Assembly (NCBI GenBank): GCA_018650645.1
Contig: JABIFP010000020.1
Location: forward strand, 8,385 to 72,384
Length of the DNA: 64,000 nucleotides
From: Candidatus Magasanikiibacteriota bacterium
GTDB lineage: Bacteria; Patescibacteriota; Patescibacteriia; Magasanikbacterales; UBA922
Direction: 5' to 3'
The translations under genes were made by a program, and so were the position numbers. Below the pieces are notes generated by a model, which was not told where the DNA came from, searched no databases, and saw only the letters and a list, made by a program, of their open reading frames with translations. Within the stretch, counting starts at the first letter, position 1. Every line of letters begins with the position of its first letter. Below are positions 30,201 to 37,770 of the stretch, piece after piece.

Positions 30201-30601
30201 TAATAATCAGCATTATGTGATCCTACTTCTCTCTCCCAATCGACTGAAATACCGAGCTGCTTAATTTGACTGCGGAAGTTTTCAATTGCCTTATCTGTAT
30301 TAATCCGCGGATGCACATTTGTTTTAATCGCATAATTTTCTGCAGGGAGTCCAAAAGAATCCCACCCAATCGCTTGAAGTACCTTTTTTCCTGTCATTCT
30401 CTGATACCGCGCAAAAATATCACATGCGGTGTATACCTCTGCATGTCCAACATGAAGCCCACTCCCAGAAGGATACGGAAGTTGCGGCAGTATATACATC
30501 TTATTTTCTGACGTTGCGTCTACCGGTGTCTTATAGAGCTTCTGCTCTTCCCAACGTGCTTGCCACTTCTTTTCGATTTCCTTCGGATTATATTGACTCA
30601 T
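27224..30601 (-). CDS. leuS: leucyl-tRNA synthetase, 1125 aa, with two inserted extra domains (NUDIX and alpha/beta serine hydrolase)
   Basis: Full class-I LeuRS framework: HVGH, CP1 editing domain (TTRPDTLFGATY...AHDERDFAFAKKFGL), KMSKR and a C-terminal anticodon-binding region. About 330 extra residues make up two inserted modules. Confidence 0.9.
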   Translation of the reverse strand: MSQYNPKEIEKKWQARWEEQKLYKTPVDATSENKMYILPQLPYPSGSGLHVGHAEVYTACDIFARYQRMTGKKVLQAIGWDSFGLPAENYAIKTNVHPRINTDKAIENFRSQIKQLGISVDWEREVGSHNADYYKWTQWFFLLMYKRGLAYRKNQAVNWCDSCKTVLANAQIVEGACERCDTPVLQKEMEQWYLKITDYADRLIDDLDKVDWPQETITRQRNWIGRSEGAEVQFSVKDTEENITVFTTRPDTLFGATYMVLAPEHALVQGLQETIKNWDEVQAYVHATEKKSNLDRQVDQEKTGVELKGVKAINPANGEEVPVWIADYVLATYGTGAIMAVPAHDERDFAFAKKFGLEIRQVVAPSVAFTGKKAMKDGVETLNRRCIDVIIENSDGGKFLLLRDVDGVHFVGGGVEEGESIEEALTKEIKEESGYVNYVIRSRFIEHFNAQGYRITKNKNQITGSVWFHVQLTDEERVSCEVDEGRHEMYWQDKKKVATDINWDPHALAWNMFVEASTYSGEGVVVNSEFLNDLTTQEAKTRMFEWLEEKNIGKKKTQYKLRDWSVSRQRFWGAPIPVISNEEEKNKKRLYVCLHGYGSGKEAIFWPWLKQELELQGHIVKAFDLPNTEKPKADEQATFALEQVTLDENTVIVSQSHGAAVALRMLEQSGKNIAKLCFVDPVYVPEFNDKKRTVVEDSTTWEFDTEKVKALCSEITIIGDNAFPIIKKEHLEKMATDLDARLVYAQSNKPHFDGNEEQVILDEALISGLRPLTIQDLPVILPDDVDFKPTGQSPLNYSPSFQDGVEEKYGKGWKREVDTLDTFMCSSWYFFRYLDPKNDEAFASKEQLKKWMPIDFYLGGEEHVNGHLLYSRFFTKVLFDEGLIDFDEPFKVNRHQGLISGEDGRKMSKRWGNVINPTDVVNEYGADTVRMYEMFMGPLDQAKAWNTGGVKGVRRFLEKVWKLQEKLAETGTEEMNRILHKTIKKVTGDTAELQFNTAIAAMMECANAFTKETQIAKDDFATFVSILAPYAPHMAEELWEVLGKEGSATLAEWPAYDESKLVEDTLTVAVQVNGKLRGTITLPADATEAQAFEAAHAEENVQRFIDGKEPKKQIYIPGRIVNIVV
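28307..28849 (-). other. alpha/beta serine hydrolase (PF06821/YdeN/RBBP9-like) domain inserted in LeuRS (residues about 585-765)
   Basis: LYVCLHGYGSGKEAIFWPWLKQEL N-terminus typical of the Ser_hydrolase family, and a nucleophile elbow VSQSHGAA. Inserted after DWSVSRQRFWGAPIP and before the KMSKS half. Confidence 0.6.
29042..29479 (-). other. NUDIX hydrolase domain inserted in LeuRS (residues about 375-520)
   Basis: Nudix box GGGVEEGESIEEALTKEIKEESGY (Gx5Ex7[KR]ExxEExGY) located between the CP1 editing domain and the ...VVVNSEFLNDL segment. Confidence 0.7.
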
Positions 30602-30674
30602 ATCTTTGCGAATTGAATATAGGCTTATTTTAGCGGATTTGAGGGATTTTGCAACTTATCAACGTCCCTTGCCC

Positions 30675-30703
30675 TTGACAAAGAGCAAATAGTGTGCTAA
30701 TTT
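30675..30703 (+). promoter_or_regulatory. sigma70-like promoter TTGACA, 17-bp spacer, TAATTT at the left edge of a GC-rich islet
   Basis: Consensus -35 embedded in CCCTTGCCCTTGACA. Same spacing as the other islets. Confidence 0.4.
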
Positions 30704-30921
30704 CAACCGTCTGTGTGAACTGCAATAATCGCTATTGCGCTCACACAAACACCTGTATGATGATCATACCCCAACATTTATGGCCTGAATAGACTGCATG
30801 CAATATGTAATTTACTCTGACCATAAATGAAAGGTAAATTGATGCGACATACAATGGGCTAGAGCCCACACGATGAGATGAGGTGAACAGTCAGCCTCTC
30901 TCCTCCTCACCTGCAGTCTTT

Positions 30922-30975
30922 CGCCCGGTCATTCTGACCACGCGGCGAAGGCTGCGTGATTGGAATGACCGGGCG
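30922..30975 (+). repeat. perfect 13-bp inverted repeat (CGCCCGGTCATTC ... GAATGACCGGGCG) in the leader of the CSD-like gene
   Basis: Arms at 30922-30934 and 30963-30975 separated by 28 nt, just upstream of the Shine-Dalgarno sequence and ATG at 31004. Confidence 0.5.
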
Positions 30976-31003
30976 AAGGAACGCCCGGCGAACGGAGGAC
31001 GAG

Positions 31004-31576
31004 ATGGCTGAGAAGATGAACAGAGGATGGGTGACACGGTACAACCGGGAACGCCGATTCGGCTTCGCGGAGGTGCATGTGGATGGCGTTCGTGAAAGCG
31101 TGTTCCTTCACATGGACCAATGCCGGAAGCTGGCTGGCGTCCCGGAGAACCCGCACTTCACCCTCAGAGAAGACAACCAGGAGCCCAGGACCTGCGGGCG
31201 CGATTCCTACAGCATCCGTCTCCACTTGGAGCGGACGTACAAGGGGTTGCGTGCCAAGACGTGGGGCTACTGGTTCTGGTACCATGACCTGGCCAGCAAC
31301 GGCTTCTTCGACCCCGTCATCAAGATGCGGGTCGAGAGAAAGAGCTACGCGGACCGTGCGTTCCGCGTCCAGCAGCAGATGACGGTCATCTCCGTCCAGC
31401 TGGACATCGACACGCTCGTGGTGACCAAAGTTGAAGGCGGTGTAATCCGCCTGAAGCTGCCCAACCGCGTGCAGCAGGAGAGCCTGAGGCGCGAGGAGGG
31501 CTGCCACCCGTTGGCGTTCAGCTACGAAAACGTCGAAGCTGAGTGCGACGAGCGCATGGTCTTTTTGACCAGATAA
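31004..31576 (+). CDS. cold-shock-domain-like protein with C-terminal domain of unknown function, in a GC-rich islet
   Basis: GGAGGA Shine-Dalgarno sequence and ATG. The N-terminus GWVTRYNRERRFGFAEVHVDGVRESVFLHMDQ resembles a CSD (RNP1-like FGFA). The rest is unknown. About 60% GC. Confidence 0.5.
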   Translation: MAEKMNRGWVTRYNRERRFGFAEVHVDGVRESVFLHMDQCRKLAGVPENPHFTLREDNQEPRTCGRDSYSIRLHLERTYKGLRAKTWGYWFWYHDLASNGFFDPVIKMRVERKSYADRAFRVQQQMTVISVQLDIDTLVVTKVEGGVIRLKLPNRVQQESLRREEGCHPLAFSYENVEAECDERMVFLTR

Positions 31577-31880
31577 ACCTGAAAGGAGAACTTCCAGAGT
31601 GGCGATTCTGGACAGCGATTGACGGCCTGACTCCTCACCGAGTCAGGCTATAACGACATAGCGGCCTCAACACGCCGCACAACAGCCGCAAGGCTGAAGA
31701 GAGATGAAGATCTCCGGCAGACGCCAAGTCAGTCATGGGCAAACATGACAAGACGGCAGTCTCCAAAGACTAAAGGGAGGGATTGGGACCCGCACGCACC
31801 GAAGCCGCGCAAGCCGCTGACGTTCACGATGTGGTCCCAACCTCAATTAATTGCACAATGTGTTGTGCGCTTTGAGAGGA

Positions 31881-31915
31881 AAAAAAAAGAACCCGAATAA
31901 ACGGGTTCTTTTTTT
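31881..31915. terminator. bidirectional intrinsic terminator (A8, GAACCCG aataaa CGGGTTC, T7)
   Basis: Perfect 7-bp stem flanked by homopolymer runs between the CSD-like gene and gdh. Confidence 0.65.
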
Positions 31916-31920
31916 ACTGC

Positions 31921-33144
31921 TTACTTCATCGCCTCACTCACCCGCTCAATAGCTTTTACAAACGCAGCCGTTCGCATATCAATACTATGCTGTTCTTTTG
32001 TTTCCCAAATTTCTGTAAACGCACTCACCATAATTTTTTCTAGCTTGGTAAGAACATCTTCTTCACTCCAGTGCTCACCTTTCACATTCTGATCCCATTC
32101 AAAATAGCTTACTGTTACCCCACCAGCATTCGCTAGTACATCTGGTACAACGACAATTCCCTTTTCTTTCAAAATTTCATCTGCTTCTGGAGTAGTAGGC
32201 CCGTTTGCTAATTCTACAACCGCTTTTGCTTGTACACCTGCTGCATTTTCCGCAGTAATCACATTTTCTAATGCAGCTGGCACCAAAATGTCTACATCGA
32301 GATGCAAAATTTCATCATTTGATATTGCTTCTGTTCCAGGTGCGCCAGAAACACTCCTTGTCTCTGCTTTATGCGCTTCAACAGCGGCAACATCCAGCCC
32401 TTCCCGGTTCATTGCTCCTCCTTTTGAGTCTGTAACAGCAACAATTTTATATCCAAGCCCTGACAGAATTTTTGCCATGTGTGAACCAGCATTTCCAAAT
32501 CCTTGCACAGCCACTGTTGTCTCTTCTGGCTGCAATCCTAATTTTTTGGCTAATTCAATGGTGCAATACACACCACCTTGCGCAGTAGAGTAGCTTCGCG
32601 CTTCTGACCCGCCATTTTCAATCGATTTTCCTGTAATCACTCCCGGATCTTCATGCCCAACCAGCTTTTCATATTCGTCACGCATCCACCCCATAATTTG
32701 CGGTGTGGTGTATACATCTGGTGCTGGTACATCTTTATCAGAACCGATATTTCTCCAAACCCCTTGCACGTACCCACGCGAAAGTCGTTCTATCTCTCCC
32801 TCAGACAATTCCTTTGGATTTACAATTACTCCCCCTTTTCCACCACCCATTGGAATGTTCACAGCAGCACACTTTACCATCATCCAGAAAGAAAGCGCTT
32901 TCACTTCATCTTCACTCACGTTCCAGTGGTATCTGATCCCACCTTTATACACCCCAAGAGCGTTGTTAAATTGGCTTCTAAAGCCTTGAAACACCTTTAC
33001 TGACCCATCATCCATTGTGACTGGAATATTCACATGCACCACTCGGTTAGGATACCGAAGTGTTTCATGCATATTAGGATCTAATTTCATGACCGCCGCA
33101 GCTTTATCAAGCTGACTCATCGCGTTTGTATATGCAGAGCTCAT
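31921..33144 (-). CDS. gdhA: Glu/Leu/Phe/Val dehydrogenase family, glutamate dehydrogenase
   Basis: KGGIRYHW...NIPMGGGKGG active-site and GxGxxG NAD(P)-binding motifs. Confidence 0.9.
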   Translation of the reverse strand: MSSAYTNAMSQLDKAAAVMKLDPNMHETLRYPNRVVHVNIPVTMDDGSVKVFQGFRSQFNNALGVYKGGIRYHWNVSEDEVKALSFWMMVKCAAVNIPMGGGKGGVIVNPKELSEGEIERLSRGYVQGVWRNIGSDKDVPAPDVYTTPQIMGWMRDEYEKLVGHEDPGVITGKSIENGGSEARSYSTAQGGVYCTIELAKKLGLQPEETTVAVQGFGNAGSHMAKILSGLGYKIVAVTDSKGGAMNREGLDVAAVEAHKAETRSVSGAPGTEAISNDEILHLDVDILVPAALENVITAENAAGVQAKAVVELANGPTTPEADEILKEKGIVVVPDVLANAGGVTVSYFEWDQNVKGEHWSEEDVLTKLEKIMVSAFTEIWETKEQHSIDMRTAAFVKAIERVSEAMK

Positions 33145-33212
33145 ATATTTCGTATTAATCGTATTTATCTATATTGCTCCTCCTTTTTGGCTTCGTCAAC
33201 TGTGTACAACAC

Positions 33213-34562
33213 CTATGCTGCCAAATCTGTATCCGTAATACCAAGTCTACTTAGTAACGCGAGATGTTCTGGATTAGACGGGTCGTATTTACCCACACTA
33301 AACTGCATAGCAGCATCAGGATCTTCACCTACTAAATTCCAAATATCGATATTCCCTTCTCTATAAATCATATCTTTTGTAAAACACACTCCTGGAGTTT
33401 TGCCGTCCGTACCTCTAAATACTCGAACAGATCTATTATAGGCAAGCGTATCTGCCTTGCCCGATGCCGCAGCAGGATCCATTCCGCTCAATAATTTTTC
33501 TAAGTACATCTGGGCACGTATAATCTCATATACTTCTCTAAATCCTCGTTTCTGTCCATCAACACCTCTCGCGAGTGCAATGCCCAGATGTCCTGCCATT
33601 CCAGCAAAATCTTGGACATCTCCCGTTACCGCTTGCTCACGCATGGTAGCAACGCCCTCTTCCCCGCGCTCATATCTATCAAGTCCAAGCCCCAAAAGCT
33701 GTAACTTACTGTGTTCTCCATTCACACGCCGCGCAACGTGCGTTCCAATTTCATGTACAATAAGTTGCTGCAATTTCTTTGCGGTCATGCTTCTTCCCTC
33801 TGGAACAACTACTTTTTTTTCTTCTTGATTTACACTAATGCTCGTTTTGCCCGTGTCTACCACTTCCACAGTCCATCCGGTTAGCTCTAAAGAACTCATA
33901 GCCTCCCTAAATACCTCCTGAATTTGACCAGCCTCATACTGTTCTACCTTTGTATCAACAGCCGCCATAGCCTCTGAAAATGCATCCAGCGTTTGCACCT
34001 GCATAGCATCAACGATATTTTGTGTAGGAAGCGCAGCTACATCATGTGCTGAACCTTCCGGAAGAATCTCAATCAATTGCTGCGCTGCCGCAGCGATATC
34101 GGGGTTATCAGAAGAAAGTGCATCATGAGCTTTCTTACTTTCTGTTGCCAGCGTATATCCAAAAACCTGTGCAGAAGGTTCACCATATACAAAAGAGGTG
34201 TATTTCGAAAAGCGCTTCATATTCCCATTCAAGGCAGCCTTCATCATCCGTACTTCTGCAATTTTTTCGTTTATCTTCCATCTGTACGCTTGCTTTACAT
34301 CGGGATTTGGTTCTTTATTTAAAATATCTTTTTTCAATGCGAGTAGGTCATCTTCCTTAGTCTGTAAATCACCCATATTCAATTTAGGGTAATCAAGTGC
34401 GGGTGCATCAATTTCCCCATCCATAAATGCACGCTTCTGCTCTGCTCTGGCTTCTCTATCTCCAGAGAAATATTCGTATGCCTGAAAAGATCCAGCCCCC
34501 TCAAATCGACCATACCACTGTGCATCAAGTGGCTCTTGTTCTCTTCTTCTCATGCCTTCCAT
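33213..34562 (-). CDS. DUF1704/QEGLA-motif-like putative metallo-hydrolase
   Basis: HEIGTHVARR plus ...GEEGVATMREQ, resembling the flavohemoglobin-expression-modulating QEGLA family. The assignment is tentative. Confidence 0.35.
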   Translation of the reverse strand: MEGMRRREQEPLDAQWYGRFEGAGSFQAYEYFSGDREARAEQKRAFMDGEIDAPALDYPKLNMGDLQTKEDDLLALKKDILNKEPNPDVKQAYRWKINEKIAEVRMMKAALNGNMKRFSKYTSFVYGEPSAQVFGYTLATESKKAHDALSSDNPDIAAAAQQLIEILPEGSAHDVAALPTQNIVDAMQVQTLDAFSEAMAAVDTKVEQYEAGQIQEVFREAMSSLELTGWTVEVVDTGKTSISVNQEEKKVVVPEGRSMTAKKLQQLIVHEIGTHVARRVNGEHSKLQLLGLGLDRYERGEEGVATMREQAVTGDVQDFAGMAGHLGIALARGVDGQKRGFREVYEIIRAQMYLEKLLSGMDPAAASGKADTLAYNRSVRVFRGTDGKTPGVCFTKDMIYREGNIDIWNLVGEDPDAAMQFSVGKYDPSNPEHLALLSRLGITDTDLAA

Positions 34563-34611
34563 ATGTTTGCATTATATTACATCGATAATATTGTACCAAA
34601 ATTATCCGCAT

Positions 34612-34640
34612 ATCAAAAGAAGCGCATTCCTGCGCCTCTT
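34612..34640 (-). terminator. intrinsic terminator downstream of trxA
   Basis: Hairpin AGAAGCGCA ttcc TGCGCCTCT with a T-run on the minus strand. Confidence 0.45.
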
Positions 34641-34647
34641 CTTTCTG

Positions 34648-34980
34648 TTATGCACTATGTTTATCAAGCAATTCTTGAATTTTGTCTCTTGGTACGCCAC
34701 CAACAAGGGTGTCTACCACTTTTCCATCCTTGAACATAAGGAAGGTAGGAATACTCATAACCTGATATTCACCAGAAATTGCCTGGTTCTCATCAACATT
34801 CACTTTTCCAATTTTGATTTTAGTTGCGTCGGCAGCTTCTGCAAGCTCGTCTACAATTGGTCCCATCATTTGACAAGGTCCACACCATGGAGCCCAAAAG
34901 TCTACTAATACTGGAACATCTGATTCTAATACTTCTGATTTGAAGTTTGCTTCTGTAAATGCCTGTGCCATACAAAACAA
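34648..34980 (-). CDS. trxA: thioredoxin
   Basis: The WCGPC active site. Length is 110 aa. Confidence 0.9.
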   Translation of the reverse strand: MFCMAQAFTEANFKSEVLESDVPVLVDFWAPWCGPCQMMGPIVDELAEAADATKIKIGKVNVDENQAISGEYQVMSIPTFLMFKDGKVVDTLVGGVPRDKIQELLDKHSA

Positions 34981-35042
34981 GTTATTTTCTAAGTGTCTAT
35001 ATAGTAAATGATTCCCTAATGGGAATCAATACTTGATAAGTT

Positions 35043-37094
35043 TTACTCAGGAACTACAGCCGGTTTTGGTTCTTTCTTTACATCAGAGAGTTTTCTGATT
35101 CGTTTCTCTTCTGTATACGCTTCTAATACATCACCAATTTCAACTTTTACTTTCCCAACAAACTTCATTCCACCTTCACTTCCCGCAGGAATCTTTTTCA
35201 GAAGCTGCTGACCGATTTGTACGGTTTCAGCTTCACCAATTCCCTCTTCTTCTCCTTCTCGTTTTACACGAATTTTACATCCCTTAAGAATTTTTCCTTC
35301 AGTAACAAGTCCACCAATAATCATCCATTTCTTTTCTGTACGGAAAATTCCTTTCACTTCCATCTTTCCAATTTCTTCAATAATAATTTCAAATTCAAGA
35401 AGCGCTTCTAGTTTTTCGTTCACCCAATCGAGCAAATGATAGATAACTTCAAACTTTTCAAAAACCATGTTCTTTTCTCTCATCAACACTTCTGCACTTG
35501 AAGAAGGCTTCACATTGAAACAGAGAATTGTTGCATTTGTTGTTTCTGCCTTTGCTACATCATCTTCTGTCGCATTTCCAAGTCCCTTACCTACAATCCG
35601 TACACCCACATCTTCGTGATGAATTTGATTGAGTGACGCAATGATCGCTTCAAGAGAACCGAGTACATCCGCTTTCAAAATAATGTTGAGTGTTTTTTTC
35701 TTATTTTCTCCATTATCATCAAGTTCAACCATGTGTACTTTTTCAGCACCAGTTTGTTCTGATCGTTTTTGTTTCACATCAATTTTATGCGCCGTTTTTG
35801 CTTGTGAAAGATTCAAAATGTCTCCAACTGATGGTGCGACTTTAAATCCAATAATTTGCGCAGGTGTTGAAGGACCAGCTTCTGGCATTTCAACTCCATG
35901 AAAATCTCTCATGGCACGTACTTTTCCGTAAATTTCATTTCCAAGTACAAGTGGTTCACCTTTTTTGAGTGTTCCACCCTGAATAAGTACAGTAGCTACA
36001 GGACCGATATGTTTATCTACATGAGACTCAATAACAGTTCCTACCGCAGGGACATTCGGATCAGCCATAATGCCATCCTCGTTCATATCTGCAACAAGGA
36101 GAAGCACATCAAGGAGTTTATCAATATGCAATTGTTCCTTTGCTGAAATTTCTACCATTGGTACATCACCACCCCACGCTTCAGGAATCAATCCTTTCTT
36201 TGAAAGCTCAGTCATTGTTTTTTGTACATCTGCAGATTCCTTATCAATCTTATTGATGGCAACAACAATTGGCATACCAACTGCCTTCATAATTTTAATT
36301 ACTTCTTCAGTTTGCGGTTTTACCCCATCGTCTGCTGCAACTACCAAAATAGCAATATCAGCAACTTTTGCACCACGACTTCTCATTACGGTAAACGCTT
36401 GATGCCCCGGAGTATCAATGAATGTGAGTGCTCGTTCACTTTTTGTTTTTGGATCGCGCCAAATTGTTTGGTACGCACCAATGTGCTGCGTAATTCCACC
36501 AGATTCGTCGTCAACAATATTGGTTTGTCTAATGGTATCGAGTAATTTTGTTTTTCCATGATCTACATGTCCCATCACAACAATAACCGGTGCACGTTTA
36601 ATTGCGTCCTCAGATTTTTGTGCATCTTCAATTGCTGAAGAAAGCTCAAGCTCTTTTTCCATGTCTACTTGATCTTCTTCTTTCTGTGATACTGAAAATC
36701 CAAGATCCTCTGCCAAAATAGCAGCCGTATCATAATCGACATCTTGGTTCTGATTTGCAAGTACTCCAGCTTTCATGAGCTCCATGATAACCTGCGTAAC
36801 AGGCATGCTAAGCATTTCTGCCAAATCTCTTACAGAGATAATTGATGGCAATTCAACTGCAAGACCACTCTCTTTTCTCATTTCTCTGTCCTTTCGTTTT
36901 TGCTCTTCTAATTCTTTCAATCGCTTGCTTTCTTGGTCTCTCTTAATCTTAGGCCACATCCGCATGATCTTTTGCGCAACCTTATTATCCACCTTAATCG
37001 CTTTTGCACCTACGTCAAAACCATACTCAGGCAAGATTCGCAGGAGTTCCTTTGGGTGGACACGTAATCTACGTGCTAAGGCGGTTACATTCAT
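35043..37094 (-). CDS. infB: translation initiation factor IF-2
   Basis: G-domain GHVDHGKT, DTPGH, NKID and the C-terminal beta-barrels. Length is 683 aa. Confidence 0.95.
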   Translation of the reverse strand: MNVTALARRLRVHPKELLRILPEYGFDVGAKAIKVDNKVAQKIMRMWPKIKRDQESKRLKELEEQKRKDREMRKESGLAVELPSIISVRDLAEMLSMPVTQVIMELMKAGVLANQNQDVDYDTAAILAEDLGFSVSQKEEDQVDMEKELELSSAIEDAQKSEDAIKRAPVIVVMGHVDHGKTKLLDTIRQTNIVDDESGGITQHIGAYQTIWRDPKTKSERALTFIDTPGHQAFTVMRSRGAKVADIAILVVAADDGVKPQTEEVIKIMKAVGMPIVVAINKIDKESADVQKTMTELSKKGLIPEAWGGDVPMVEISAKEQLHIDKLLDVLLLVADMNEDGIMADPNVPAVGTVIESHVDKHIGPVATVLIQGGTLKKGEPLVLGNEIYGKVRAMRDFHGVEMPEAGPSTPAQIIGFKVAPSVGDILNLSQAKTAHKIDVKQKRSEQTGAEKVHMVELDDNGENKKKTLNIILKADVLGSLEAIIASLNQIHHEDVGVRIVGKGLGNATEDDVAKAETTNATILCFNVKPSSSAEVLMREKNMVFEKFEVIYHLLDWVNEKLEALLEFEIIIEEIGKMEVKGIFRTEKKWMIIGGLVTEGKILKGCKIRVKREGEEEGIGEAETVQIGQQLLKKIPAGSEGGMKFVGKVKVEIGDVLEAYTEEKRIRKLSDVKKEPKPAVVPE

Positions 37095-37124
37095 GGGAGT
37101 AATCGGAGAAATATTAATGTCGGC

Positions 37125-37153
37125 AGTATAGGCAAAAAAGGGAAAAAAGTCAA
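37125..37153 (-). promoter_or_regulatory. sigma70-like promoter for infB (TTGACT, 17-bp spacer, TATACT)
   Basis: Read on the minus strand, TTGACT tttttcccttttttgcc TATACT lies about 30 nt upstream of the infB ATG. Confidence 0.45.
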
Positions 37154-37266
37154 TGGTATTGCTGCCCTAGGAGCCAGAATAAGACCCGTCGGGTGAATCG
37201 CTTGATAAAATCCCCTATTAGGTTCACACTATATGTATGAGTCCTTCTACTCATTAATAATGGTAT

Positions 37267-37716
37267 ATGCAGTATAAACACACACAAATTGGCCATCTTA
37301 TGATTGGTGTCCTTTTGGCTTTGATAGCTTATTTTTCTGTGCTGGTCTATGTTTCTGAATACGATTTGGTGGTAATAATCAGCATGCTTGCGGTCATTGC
37401 TATTCTTTCATCGTTCTTATCACTGACTGTGCAAATAAGCCAGGGCATCCTCAAAATCCGATTTGGCTATGGCATTTTTTCAAAAACATTCAATATTCAA
37501 GACATAGCTTCAGCGCGCGTTGCTGAACATCGCTGGTATTACGGCTGGGGTATTAAATATTGGTGGTGGCCACGCACATGGATTTATTCTGTTTCTGGCA
37601 TGCAATCGATTGAGATAATTTTACAAAACGGCAAACGCTATAGGATTGGTACGGATGAGCCGGAGAAAGTTATTGAGGCGTTGAGGAAAGAACATGTGAA
37701 CATTGTAGTAGAGTAA
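37267..37716 (+). CDS. hypothetical membrane protein (2 TM helices plus a soluble C-terminal domain)
   Basis: Two N-terminal TM helices and a WYYGWGIKYWWWPRTW aromatic segment. No known motif. Confidence 0.45.
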   Translation: MQYKHTQIGHLMIGVLLALIAYFSVLVYVSEYDLVVIISMLAVIAILSSFLSLTVQISQGILKIRFGYGIFSKTFNIQDIASARVAEHRWYYGWGIKYWWWPRTWIYSVSGMQSIEIILQNGKRYRIGTDEPEKVIEALRKEHVNIVVE

Positions 37717-37770
37717 AAAAACACCAAGAGTAAAAGGGCGTTTTATGATATAATATAGCCGAATGCTATT

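Noticed and set aside
28412-30633. Multiple 60-120-aa plus-strand ORFs inside leuS
   Set aside because: They are antisense to a continuous, well-supported 1125-aa ORF, and their translations are low-complexity.
30929-31507. 192-aa minus-strand ORF and 101-aa plus-strand ORF (31077-31382) overlapping the CSD-like gene
   Set aside because: Alternative frames open only because the islet is GC-rich. They have no Shine-Dalgarno sequence, and their Arg/Ala/Gly-rich translations are typical antisense artefacts.
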